The notes under the pieces were generated by a model, which ran no database searches, had not been told where the DNA came from, and worked only from the letters and a program-made list of their open reading frames with translations. A program made the position numbers and the translations under genes. A stretch of DNA of 64,000 bases, taken from IMG/VR virus record IMGVR_UViG_3300023235_000008, positions 62,001 through 126,000 of that record; one strand, 5' to 3'. Every line of letters begins with the position of its first letter. Within the stretch, counting starts at the first letter, position 1. Positions 9,633-18,465 of this stretch are shown piece by piece.

Positions 9633-9962
9633 ATGACTAAAGCACTCGTTGATGCACATTACGCAGCCAAGTTCGAAGCCGCCAAAGCGTCCAAAGAAGT
9701 TTATGACAAAACGGGCGATGCCTTTTATTGTGGTTTTGCTTGGGTATCAGTCAAACTTGATGGTCGCAACCGTAAGACTGCCGCAGCACTGGTTAAGATG
9801 GGTTTTCGCAAAAGCGTGTATCCCAAGCGGTATGATCTATGGAATCCCGGCGGACTTAATGTCCAAAATGTTGACATCAAAGAAGTTGGCGCAAAAGCAT
9901 ACGCTGCTAAGTTTGGCGAACTAACGGGACTTGATGTTTATGCTGATTCACGACTAGATTAA
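9633..9962 (+). CDS. Phage hypothetical protein
   Basis: CGFAWV...DSRLD C-terminal pattern; GGAG RBS. Confidence 0.65.
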   Translation: MTKALVDAHYAAKFEAAKASKEVYDKTGDAFYCGFAWVSVKLDGRNRKTAAALVKMGFRKSVYPKRYDLWNPGGLNVQNVDIKEVGAKAYAAKFGELTGLDVYADSRLD

Positions 9963-10089
9963 GAATACCCGAACCTTACCCTTTTAGAAAATGGTTTACA
10001 CGAAGTCACATAAAAGATAACTTGCTATAGGTCAAAATCCACAAGTAAGGTCGGGCGTTGTTTGTATGGTGGGAAAGTTATCAATCGTG

Positions 10090-10121
10090 AAAAACCCCGG
10101 TTTGTTATGACCGGGGTTTTT
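10090..10121. terminator. Bidirectional intrinsic terminator
   Basis: AAAAA-CCCCGGT-loop-ACCGGGG-TTTTT between convergent genes. Confidence 0.85.
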
Positions 10122-10131
10122 GCTATCGGAA

Positions 10132-10848
10132 TCAATCGTCGTTATAAATCCGCAATACTTCTCGTACTGCTTCACTTCGTTGTACGTCTGTTTTATCAAA
10201 CGATGAATGTGAAATAACATCAGACGAACGCTGTTGCATAAGTCCAATAAACTCAACCAAGCCGTTTTTTCTAATAATATCGGTTTGTGCCAAGTCGCCC
10301 GTTAGGACAAGTTTACTGTTTTCTCCAATGCGTGTTAGTAGCATTTTCATCTGGTTTTCAGTGGTATTTTGAACTTCGTCAGCGATGATGTATGAATTTC
10401 GAAATGTTCGTCCTCGCATCATAGCCAATGGTGAAATCTCAATGACATTTTCATTAACGTATGTTTCAATGCTTTTGGCAGAGTAATATTCTTCCAATAC
10501 ATCAAAAATAGGTCGTGTCCAAGGTGCCATCTTTGCATTTAGGTCACCCGGCAAGAAGCCATGTTTTTCGTCGTCAACGCCAACTGCTGGTCGTGTCACA
10601 ACGATCTTTTCTACTTTTCCTTCTTTGAACGCTTTAATCGCCGCCATCACAGCCAACAGGGTTTTACCTGTTCCAGCTGGTCCAGTAGCGAACACAATCA
10701 ATTTATCTTCATTTAGAAGATTGTCAATGTATTCTTCTTGATTCAGTGAACGTGGAATCATTTGAACGGATTGTTTCTTTTGAACGAATTCATTGAATTG
10801 AATGGTGTTGTCTTTTGGTGCTTTTTGTGCGCGTTTTCTTCTTGACAT
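10132..10848 (-). CDS. phoH: PhoH-family ATPase
   Basis: GPAGTGKT, GFLPGDL, RGRTF, ADEVQN, GDLAQTD motifs. Confidence 0.95.
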   Translation of the reverse strand: MSRRKRAQKAPKDNTIQFNEFVQKKQSVQMIPRSLNQEEYIDNLLNEDKLIVFATGPAGTGKTLLAVMAAIKAFKEGKVEKIVVTRPAVGVDDEKHGFLPGDLNAKMAPWTRPIFDVLEEYYSAKSIETYVNENVIEISPLAMMRGRTFRNSYIIADEVQNTTENQMKMLLTRIGENSKLVLTGDLAQTDIIRKNGLVEFIGLMQQRSSDVISHSSFDKTDVQRSEAVREVLRIYNDD

Positions 10849-11002
10849 ATGTTTTCTTCTCCATTGTTATATGGTGACCCAGAAGGTAAACACTATGTGC
10901 TTTTATTGCGAAACCTCGTTTACCTTGGCTCACAATATTATTTACTTTAAAAAAATGTTTTAGAAGTAGGTATATTATAAATTTATATAAAAGATAAAAG
11001 GG

Positions 11003-11518
11003 CTATCTTTTCCATTCACAATACAATCTTTTTCCGTCTTGCTGAAAATCAACAACGTCATACCCAAATAATGCCGCAAAATGACGCAATAAATCTTCAC
11101 TCCATTCAAACACTTGTATGCCTTTGAAATCATCGTTTCCGTGATCGTGTTGTCCGGGATTGCAACGCCAGAAGATTCGGGCGGAGGTACTACATAATGC
11201 GTCGTCTACACATTTTATCTGATTTCGAATATCGGAATATGTACCGAAGTTTATGCTGCCGAGACAAAAAGCCACATCGAAATATTCTTTTGGCTTGAAA
11301 TCTTCAATAGCCACCACTTCATCAGCACCCACATCCGTGATATCTATGCCATACACATCTAGTTTTCCTTTAAATGGGTTGGTGCCGCAGCCAACATCCA
11401 ATACACGTTCGTGTCCAATCTTGTCAAGCAATGCCCAACCTGAATGCTCATATTGATCCAATGTCCTATCACGCTGTAACCACGTTGTTGAAAAATATTT
11501 TTTAAGTAATGTATGCAT
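11003..11518 (-). CDS. Class I SAM-dependent methyltransferase
   Basis: VLDVGCG motif I, FDVAFCLGS. Confidence 0.75.
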   Translation of the reverse strand: MHTLLKKYFSTTWLQRDRTLDQYEHSGWALLDKIGHERVLDVGCGTNPFKGKLDVYGIDITDVGADEVVAIEDFKPKEYFDVAFCLGSINFGTYSDIRNQIKCVDDALCSTSARIFWRCNPGQHDHGNDDFKGIQVFEWSEDLLRHFAALFGYDVVDFQQDGKRLYCEWKR

Positions 11519-11533
11519 ATAAATATTTATATG
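11516..11533. promoter_or_regulatory. 18-bp perfect palindrome with back-to-back late promoters and two divergent ATGs
   Basis: CATATAAATATTTATATG equals its own reverse complement. Confidence 0.7.
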
Positions 11534-12070
11534 ATTTCATTATTACCAGAAAAAATCTTCTATACAGGTGCGCCGGGAAGCAAGTGGAGCGGTGTTGCCC
11601 AGAAGTTCGAGCAGAATCACGGATTTGATACATCGGACAGAACGCCATATAGGCAATACAGCCACGGCAAGTTCAGTGGTCATATAGGTGCATATTTCGG
11701 CACAGGTATGGAGTTTCCAGCCCTTGTAGATGATTGGATTTTAAAGAAGCCGTATTCGGACGAAGGTATTCCATTATTGAAGTCACACGAATGGGTATAT
11801 AAACTACCAGAGATTCAGCGAGTATTCCCCGATGATTGGATTGTCTTTGTGTGGCGAGATTCAGAACAATGTTTTGATTGGTGGAAACAAGCGGGTGGAT
11901 GGAATATTACATATCCGAACTACGATTGGTACGTTAACGACAAACTTATGTATGCACGTATCGAAGAACAGAATCAACTTATGCTGGATTTTGCGGCATT
12001 ACATAATCTAGCGTGGCATCAACAATCTCCAAAAACCGATGATGTATGGGTGGCAGTGTATAAGCCGTGA
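11531..12070 (+). CDS. P-loop/sulfotransferase-like hypothetical protein
   Basis: FYTGAPGSKWS N-terminal loop; LKSH and IVFVWR strands. Confidence 0.45.
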   Translation: MISLLPEKIFYTGAPGSKWSGVAQKFEQNHGFDTSDRTPYRQYSHGKFSGHIGAYFGTGMEFPALVDDWILKKPYSDEGIPLLKSHEWVYKLPEIQRVFPDDWIVFVWRDSEQCFDWWKQAGGWNITYPNYDWYVNDKLMYARIEEQNQLMLDFAALHNLAWHQQSPKTDDVWVAVYKP

Positions 12071-13491
12071 TTATAGCAGCAGCATTAATAGCGGGTATTC
12101 TTTATGGATTTATAGTTGGTATCGTTCCAGCAGCGGGTGCGACCACAGGATTGGTTGCATTGTATGCAGTAATGCCGTTCTTATTGGCTGACCCATATGC
12201 GGGCGTGGTATTCTTAATGGCGGTGGTAGCGGCCTCAACAACCGCCGATAGTTTCACCAGTATCTTATTGGGTATTCCCGGTGCCAATAGTTCAGCAGCC
12301 ACGATGGTTGACGGATTTCCATTAGCACAACAGGGTCGGGCAAGTTATGCCATTTCTGCCGCCGTCACCACATCTACGGTCAACGGATTATTTTGGGGTT
12401 CTATCGTGTTCCTGTTACTTCCTATATACAGTCAAGTCATATTAATCTTTGGTATACCAGAACTATGGGCGTTCACTGTATTGGCATTGGCGACAGTGGG
12501 GTTTCTTTCAACAGACAAGCCACTATTGAGTATAATCGCCATTGGTGCTGGTATCTTCCTTGGATTAGTAGGGGTTGACCCAGCTACCAATGACCCCCGT
12601 TTCACAATGGGATGGTTCTATTTACAAGATGGTATCCAGTTGATTCCAGTGGTGGCAGGATTATTTGCGGTTCCCGAGTTGCTTGAAGGTTTTAAGAAAC
12701 GCCGTGCCACCACAACGGTTGCAAAACGTGAAACTATTGAAGGAATGAAGGCAGTATGGGATAACAAATGGTTATCGATGCGTGGTGGATTTATAGGTGC
12801 GCTTGTTGGATTATTGCCGGGTCTTGGCGGATCGGTCAGTGATTGGTTATCGTATTCACAGGCTGTTGCAAGTAACCCAAATGAAGAGTTTGGTAACGGC
12901 AACATCAAAGGCGTGATTGGACCTGAAGGCTCTAATAATGCACAAAAAGCTACCAGTATGATTCCGACTGTATTGTTCGGTATTCCCGGTGCACCATTCG
13001 CAGCGGTTCTAATGGGATTGTTTGCGTATCTTGGCATAGAGTTGGGTTCACCTGACCTTATGAATGACACACAGTTTTTTCAAAGTATGAGTATCGGTTT
13101 TCTTGCCGCCACCCTAATCGTTGGTATCATTTCATTAATATTCGTTAATACCGTATGCAAAATCACGAGTATTCCATACATATACTATTTTCCGTTGTTA
13201 TTGGTAATGATAGTATGGGCGTGTATGCAATACACGGGTGGATGGGAAGATTTTGCGGTGTTGGCATTCTTTAGTTTTTTTGGAGTGGGTATGAAAAGAT
13301 ATAAATATTCACGACCGGCGTTGTTGGTTGCATTTATTCTAGCAAGCAAAGTAGAAGCATTATCGATACAACTTACAACCCTATACGATTTCACTACCCT
13401 CATAGAAAGACCGCTGTTCTTGATTTTAATGGTTATAATCATTGCGGTGTTCGCATTTAGTTTCAAGAAAGGAAAAATCAAATATGCGTAA
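12067..13491 (+). CDS. tctA: Tripartite tricarboxylate transporter permease (TctA-like)
   Basis: SILLGIPG...AATMVDGFPLAQQG, GPEGSNNA, LFGIPG motifs; polytopic membrane protein. Confidence 0.88.
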   Translation: MIIAAALIAGILYGFIVGIVPAAGATTGLVALYAVMPFLLADPYAGVVFLMAVVAASTTADSFTSILLGIPGANSSAATMVDGFPLAQQGRASYAISAAVTTSTVNGLFWGSIVFLLLPIYSQVILIFGIPELWAFTVLALATVGFLSTDKPLLSIIAIGAGIFLGLVGVDPATNDPRFTMGWFYLQDGIQLIPVVAGLFAVPELLEGFKKRRATTTVAKRETIEGMKAVWDNKWLSMRGGFIGALVGLLPGLGGSVSDWLSYSQAVASNPNEEFGNGNIKGVIGPEGSNNAQKATSMIPTVLFGIPGAPFAAVLMGLFAYLGIELGSPDLMNDTQFFQSMSIGFLAATLIVGIISLIFVNTVCKITSIPYIYYFPLLLVMIVWACMQYTGGWEDFAVLAFFSFFGVGMKRYKYSRPALLVAFILASKVEALSIQLTTLYDFTTLIERPLFLILMVIIIAVFAFSFKKGKIKYA

Positions 13492-14524
13492 ATTTTTAGT
13501 AGCCTTATTTTTGGTGTTGGCTACACCAGTATCCGCCGATATCACATTCGTTGTGCCACAGAAACCCGGTGGCGGAACAAGTGTTTGGGCACAGATTGTT
13601 GCTACTGAACTTGAAAAGAAACTTGGCGAAAAGATTGTTATTCGCCACATTCCCGGTGCAAGAGACATTCCCGGCTTTAATAAGTTTCATAATGAGTTGC
13701 AGCACGATGATAATATGGTGATGATTTCACACGGCGGTAATGCTGTTAGTTTTCTACAAGAAGAAGTAGATTATAACTATGCTGATTATGATAGCATTGG
13801 TTCAATGAACTTGAATATTTTAGTAGCCAAGAGAGCGGATGCATCTGGCAAGATTAGATTCGCCGCAGGTTCTGGTATGGTTCCAGAAGCATTGGCTATG
13901 TCTATTTTGTTATGCGATGATGGCAAAGCACAAACATATGCATATTATGCTAAGTGTTTCAGTGACAATGTGGTATGGGTTAAAGGAATGAGTGGCGGCG
14001 AACGCAGACTAGCATTCCGCAGAGGCGAACTAACCGCAACTCGTGAAAATCCAGCAGCATTCAAGAAGCACGTTAATCCGATGATTGAATCGGGTGAAGC
14101 ATCATATTGGTTTGACCACGGTGTATTAGATACTGAATCGGGTAAACACACTACCGATCCAAACACTGGCAATACCAAAATAACTGCATTATCGTTAGAT
14201 ACACAATCAAGTGATTTTTATGCAGCATATAATCTAGTTACAAGCTTCCGTGATGGTTTACAGAAGGCATTGTGGGTGCGTAAGGGCAATCCTAATACTG
14301 AAAGATTGCGTCAGGCATTGACAGAAATGGCTAATGATCCAGAATCAGTAAAGATTATCCAATCTAAAGTTGGTGTATACGAATGGAAGATTGGCGAAGT
14401 GGGAAATGCACATCGTGACCGTATTATGAGCTTTGTAACAGAATCATCGTTGCGGGCATTGGTTAGATTTAATAGTGAAGTGCTTGGTTTAAGTAGTGTG
14501 TATAAGAAAGAACTTGTTGATTAA
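13484..14524 (+). CDS. tctC: Tripartite tricarboxylate transporter substrate-binding protein (TctC/Bug-like)
   Basis: Signal peptide, then ITFVVPQKPGGGTSVWAQIVA...IPGA, the typical Bug/TctC N-terminus. Confidence 0.78.
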   Translation: MRKFLVALFLVLATPVSADITFVVPQKPGGGTSVWAQIVATELEKKLGEKIVIRHIPGARDIPGFNKFHNELQHDDNMVMISHGGNAVSFLQEEVDYNYADYDSIGSMNLNILVAKRADASGKIRFAAGSGMVPEALAMSILLCDDGKAQTYAYYAKCFSDNVVWVKGMSGGERRLAFRRGELTATRENPAAFKKHVNPMIESGEASYWFDHGVLDTESGKHTTDPNTGNTKITALSLDTQSSDFYAAYNLVTSFRDGLQKALWVRKGNPNTERLRQALTEMANDPESVKIIQSKVGVYEWKIGEVGNAHRDRIMSFVTESSLRALVRFNSEVLGLSSVYKKELVD

Positions 14525-14654
14525 TGATACACGTTAGCTCACCGATTGGGGGATTAGACACCGATATTTTTGGGATGGTGGACTTCATTGTATCACACTT
14601 GATCTTTATCGTGAAGGTGAAATGGAAGATTATTTTCCCGAAAGAAAGTATTGA
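14524..14654 (+). pseudogene. Internally deleted amidinotransferase remnant
   Basis: Reads RHRYF/WDGGLHCITLDLYREGEMEDYF, an amidinotransferase-type C-terminus with the GGxHC catalytic Cys. It is only ~130 bp long and has a 1-nt T-run deletion. Confidence 0.55.
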
Positions 14655-14689
14655 AAAGCATAAATACTTAAAACGAGGGTGATCACCAA

Positions 14690-15229
14690 ATGGATTTAAA
14701 AAATGTAGTTGACAATACCCGAAATCTTTATATGACAGATAGTATACTGTCATCATTACTTGATTTCGAACGTGTTCTAGATAGTGTGGATATATATGCA
14801 TTCAAGCATTGGATTAAGGGCGAGCTAGTAGCTGGACCAGAAGTTGAGAAGTATTGGGTTACTTGTCAGTTTATGTATCCATACAAACTAATGCCCGATC
14901 CAGCCGCTTCAAGACGTTTGCTTGATTATAACTGCAAAGTGCATTTCCAAAAAACAGAGCTACAAACACCAGTTAAGGTAGAAACACCCGACGACTTTAA
15001 ACCCGGTACACAACTACCAAAACAACGCAGTGTGCCTATATGGTTGGTAACTATTCGTATGCCTAAAGACTTGATTGGCGATATTCGTCAAGGATTTATT
15101 GAGATTGAAGGTCAGAATATTAATATGGAAGATATCGATCAGGCTATGGAAGAAGATTTGGACGAAGAAGGTGCAGCAGAAGGCGGTATCGAAGATGCAG
15201 CCGACGAAGAATTAGGATTAGAGTTTTAA
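14690..15229 (+). CDS. Hypothetical protein (late-promoter driven)
   Basis: ATAAATA at 14660-14666 and GAGG RBS; acidic tail. Confidence 0.7.
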   Translation: MDLKNVVDNTRNLYMTDSILSSLLDFERVLDSVDIYAFKHWIKGELVAGPEVEKYWVTCQFMYPYKLMPDPAASRRLLDYNCKVHFQKTELQTPVKVETPDDFKPGTQLPKQRSVPIWLVTIRMPKDLIGDIRQGFIEIEGQNINMEDIDQAMEEDLDEEGAAEGGIEDAADEELGLEF

Positions 15230-15846
15230 TGTATAGTTTTATCAATAAACCACTTAACGAAGGGTTAAAAGAACAGGAGCTACGTGATCTTATCCATGAT
15301 GAAATTCACATTGATGAGTTTCAAGCCAAAATGGGCGATGATGATCAGATTATTGTAGTTAGCTTCAAGGTAAAATATCGAGCAGCAGCAGCTGATCTAG
15401 AAAGCTTTCTTGAAAAAGGATATGACATCGTATTGGATGCAGAAGCTGGTAAAGCCGAGTTCCAAGATGGTTGGTATTTGGTATTTGTAGAGTTTGAACG
15501 CAGACTTACATTCCCAGAGCAACTTATGCTTATCCTTAAAGAATTAAAAAATATCAGTAACGTGGATAAATGGAAATTTCGTTATGGCGCATCACGTAAG
15601 CGTAATGTTCCAGAATGGGAGTTAACAGTTAATAACTTGAAACGCATTGTTCCGATGAGTCCACAAAAATATCGTGAAATACACACACAAGAAGAAGAAG
15701 AAACACTTGCGTTAGAAAGTATGTTAACAAACAGTAATATTAAGCGAACACCGTATAAGGATTTGACGAAAGAACAATACGAAATGCGTATGTCCGCAGG
15801 GCTTGCTGTAAATGGATTTAAGATTTTAGATAGGGGTAGACGATGA
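15229..15846 (+). CDS. Hypothetical protein
   Basis: Coupled ORF; N-terminal ...LNE motif. Confidence 0.7.
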   Translation: MYSFINKPLNEGLKEQELRDLIHDEIHIDEFQAKMGDDDQIIVVSFKVKYRAAAADLESFLEKGYDIVLDAEAGKAEFQDGWYLVFVEFERRLTFPEQLMLILKELKNISNVDKWKFRYGASRKRNVPEWELTVNNLKRIVPMSPQKYREIHTQEEEETLALESMLTNSNIKRTPYKDLTKEQYEMRMSAGLAVNGFKILDRGRR

Positions 15847-16523
15847 GTTTTTTCAGTTGGTTAAAAAATATATTTAAGACCGAGCAGAAAAGCGAACTTG
15901 AAGTTAACCGCAGTAAGGCACAAAAGAAAAAAGAAAAGGCAGTCGCCGTTCGTGAAAAACAACGCCAAAAAGCAATAACCCAACAAGAAGCCGATGAAAA
16001 AGCAGAGAAACAGGCAACCGTAGACGCAACGAAAGCATCTGCCGATATCGCTAAAGAACGCAAACAAACAATATCTACAGAAGACTTTATTGTTAAACTA
16101 CGTAGCGACTTAGAGCGTGACGAAGGTATTAAATATGAAATATATCTTGACCATCTTGGATATCCTACGTTCGGGATTGGTCACTTAGTTAAACCCAGTG
16201 ATCCAGAATACGGAAAACCAGTTGGCACACCAGTATCAAAAGAACGTTGCTACGACGCATTCAGAGAAGATATCCAAATATCCATCAATGATTGTCGCCA
16301 ACTATTCGCAGATTGGGATAACCTACCCGAAGAAGTTAGACTTATCACTGCAAATATGGCGTTTAATATGGGTAGAAATCGTTTGGGTAAGTTCCAACGA
16401 ACCATTGCTTTCATTGATAACGCAAAATGGATTAAAGCAGCAGATGAAATGGTTAACTCACGTTGGTATCGACAAGTAACCAATCGTGCAGAACGACTCG
16501 TAAAACGTATGCGAACCGTTTAA
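15843..16523 (+). CDS. Phage lysozyme (T4 e / GH24-like) with a Lys-rich N-terminal extension
   Basis: LERDEG...YLDHLGYPTFGIGHL catalytic E/D/T region; AADEM..SRWY..V..RA. Confidence 0.88.
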   Translation: MSFFSWLKNIFKTEQKSELEVNRSKAQKKKEKAVAVREKQRQKAITQQEADEKAEKQATVDATKASADIAKERKQTISTEDFIVKLRSDLERDEGIKYEIYLDHLGYPTFGIGHLVKPSDPEYGKPVGTPVSKERCYDAFREDIQISINDCRQLFADWDNLPEEVRLITANMAFNMGRNRLGKFQRTIAFIDNAKWIKAADEMVNSRWYRQVTNRAERLVKRMRTV

Positions 16524-16570
16524 CTAAGATAAATAATATACATATTAACTAAGATAAATAATATACATAT
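16521..16570 (+). repeat. 25-bp tandem repeat x2 containing the late promoter ATAAATA
   Basis: TAACTAAGATAAATAATATACATAT at 16521-16545 and 16546-16570. Confidence 0.92.
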
Positions 16571-16589
16571 ATAACTAGGAGTTATCAAA

Positions 16590-16961
16590 ATGGAAACATC
16601 AGTAATCGATCTAAGTCCAGTTCTAACCATCCTACTACAATGCCTCGGCGGTGTTGTTCTAGCAGTTGGTAGTTGGGCATTATACAAAGTTCAGCAGAAG
16701 TTTGGACTAGAAAACGAAGACAAAATTCGTGAAGTAGTTATGGGCGCTATTGAGCGTGGCGTTACTTACGGCAAGCACAAAGCCGAAGAAGAACTTAAAG
16801 ATGCCGATTGGGCTAAAGTTGAAACAAAGAATGCATTGGTCGCTCACGCAGCATCATACGTTCTTACTAAGGTTCCTGACGCTGTTAAGAAGTTCAAGTT
16901 GTCTGAAGATCAGGTAAAAGAGTTGGTTCTTACTAAACTCGACGTGCCAGCTAAGAAGTAA
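16590..16961 (+). CDS. Holin-like protein (single N-terminal TM helix)
   Basis: Hydrophobic N-terminus, AIERGV..., position between lysozyme and spanins. Confidence 0.6.
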   Translation: METSVIDLSPVLTILLQCLGGVVLAVGSWALYKVQQKFGLENEDKIREVVMGAIERGVTYGKHKAEEELKDADWAKVETKNALVAHAASYVLTKVPDAVKKFKLSEDQVKELVLTKLDVPAKK

Positions 16962-17200
16962 TGAACTTTTTAGCGAGCCTTGCTGGAAAACTATTTGACA
17001 GCCTTGTTGGTGGTGTTATCAAAGCTTGGGAATCAAGCAAGCGTGATGCTACTAATATTGAAAAAGGCGCAGATAAAGTAATAAAGGAGCAACTTAAAGA
17101 TGAAGTTGAACGAGCTAAAGAAGCTGGCGATATTGAGGACGATGTTCGTCGTCAGTCTGATGATGATCTCCTTGACAGCTTGCGTAACCGTAAAGGTTGA
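16961..17200 (+). CDS. Putative inner-membrane spanin (Rz-like)
   Basis: N-terminal amphipathic/hydrophobic segment plus coiled coil; overlaps a lipoprotein gene. Confidence 0.5.
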   Translation: MNFLASLAGKLFDSLVGGVIKAWESSKRDATNIEKGADKVIKEQLKDEVERAKEAGDIEDDVRRQSDDDLLDSLRNRKG

Positions 17201-17372
17201 CGGAATTGTTTCGAATGGTTGCGTGTGGACAGACCCAATCAACCTATCCGAAGCAACTATTACAGCCTTAGAACCGGGTCTTCGTAAAGGCGACCGCAAC
17301 ATAAGGTTAGACCTTGAAGCGATAGACGCACATAACAAAAAATATGATGCGAACTGTCCATCAGAAAAATAA
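17100..17372 (+). CDS. Putative outer-membrane spanin lipoprotein (Rz1-like)
   Basis: Lipobox LTA-C after a hydrophobic stretch; later Cys residues; overlaps the Rz-like gene. Confidence 0.65.
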   Translation: MKLNELKKLAILRTMFVVSLMMISLTACVTVKVDGIVSNGCVWTDPINLSEATITALEPGLRKGDRNIRLDLEAIDAHNKKYDANCPSEK

Positions 17373-17374
17373 CT

Positions 17375-17402
17375 AAAAGGGGGTGGACAAGCCTCCTTTT
17401 TT
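17375..17402 (+). terminator. Intrinsic terminator after the lysis cassette
   Basis: AAAAGGGGGT-loop-GCCTCCTTTT followed by a T-run. Confidence 0.65.
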
Positions 17403-17619
17403 ATTGTATAATACTCCAATGAATAAAAAGCTATTTTGGCCAGCTATGGCACGTGAAGAAACCCCCGACGATGTTAGGCGTGGGTGCATGACTTGTGTGC
17501 ATAATGCCTATTACCCAGCAGCTTGCAACCACCCAGATGTAACCCATGCGGGTATGAGTGTCTTGAGAATGATCGTATATTCTGGAAATGGCACAATGAA
17601 ACAGATGGGTAAATAGAAT

Positions 17620-18462
17620 ATGGACTATTATCAAGTTCTCGGGGTAGAAAAAAACGCTTCGGACAATACAATCAAACAAGCATACAAGACACTGGCTAAA
17701 AAGCATCATCCAGACTTGGGCGGTGATGAAAATCAGTTCAAACAAATCAGCGAAGCGTATGACACATTAAAGAACCCTGAGACACGACAGGCATATGATG
17801 CACGTTCACAGTTTGGTGGACGCCAACAAAACCGATTTGAAGAGTTCAGAAGTGGTAGAGGAATGGAAGATATTCTACGCCAAATGGAAGAACAAATGGC
17901 AGCAAGAGGCGGCGGGTTTCGTCCACGTCAAACAAAAAACCATAATCTGAACATTACACTAAATGTAACACTTGACGAACTTATAATGAATGAAACCGAT
18001 GTATCTGTTGAAAAGCATTTAAGCATCAGAATGAGTAATGGTGAACGTGAACTTGTAAAAGTCAACATTCCGCCTTATATTCAACATGGCGAAACACTTC
18101 ATATCGCTGGTCTTGGAGATAATGCCAATCCATCATTGACAAGGGGTGACTTGTATGTTACTATAATGCTTAGTCCTCATAAAACCTTTGAAAAGAAAGG
18201 GTTGGACTTGGTTTCTACTATGGTTATCGATAGTCTTGACGCCATTCTTGGGTGTGAAGAAATAATACAGACATTATCAGGAAAGAACTTGAAAGTGAAA
18301 ATCCCAGCAGGGACAGACAATGGACAAGTTCTGAATCTAAGAGATGAAGGTCTTCGTTTCCGAGAAAAGAAGGGAAGTATCTTTATCCAAGTGAGCGTTA
18401 AGACACCAAAAAATCTAACCCCTAAACAACTTGATTTTATCAAGAAAGCAAAATCGGAGTAA
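17620..18462 (+). CDS. dnaJ: DnaJ/CbpA-type co-chaperone (no Zn finger)
   Basis: DYYQVLGV, HPD motif, FKQISEAYDTL, C-terminal GDLYV and VKIPAGT. Confidence 0.92.
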   Translation: MDYYQVLGVEKNASDNTIKQAYKTLAKKHHPDLGGDENQFKQISEAYDTLKNPETRQAYDARSQFGGRQQNRFEEFRSGRGMEDILRQMEEQMAARGGGFRPRQTKNHNLNITLNVTLDELIMNETDVSVEKHLSIRMSNGERELVKVNIPPYIQHGETLHIAGLGDNANPSLTRGDLYVTIMLSPHKTFEKKGLDLVSTMVIDSLDAILGCEEIIQTLSGKNLKVKIPAGTDNGQVLNLRDEGLRFREKKGSIFIQVSVKTPKNLTPKQLDFIKKAKSE

Positions 18463-18465
18463 ACA

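Noticed and set aside
11003-14524. Interpreting the window, or its host-like genes, as bacterial chromosome
   Set aside because: Host-like genes are interspersed with phage-type replication, lysis and late-promoter features at uniform density and composition.
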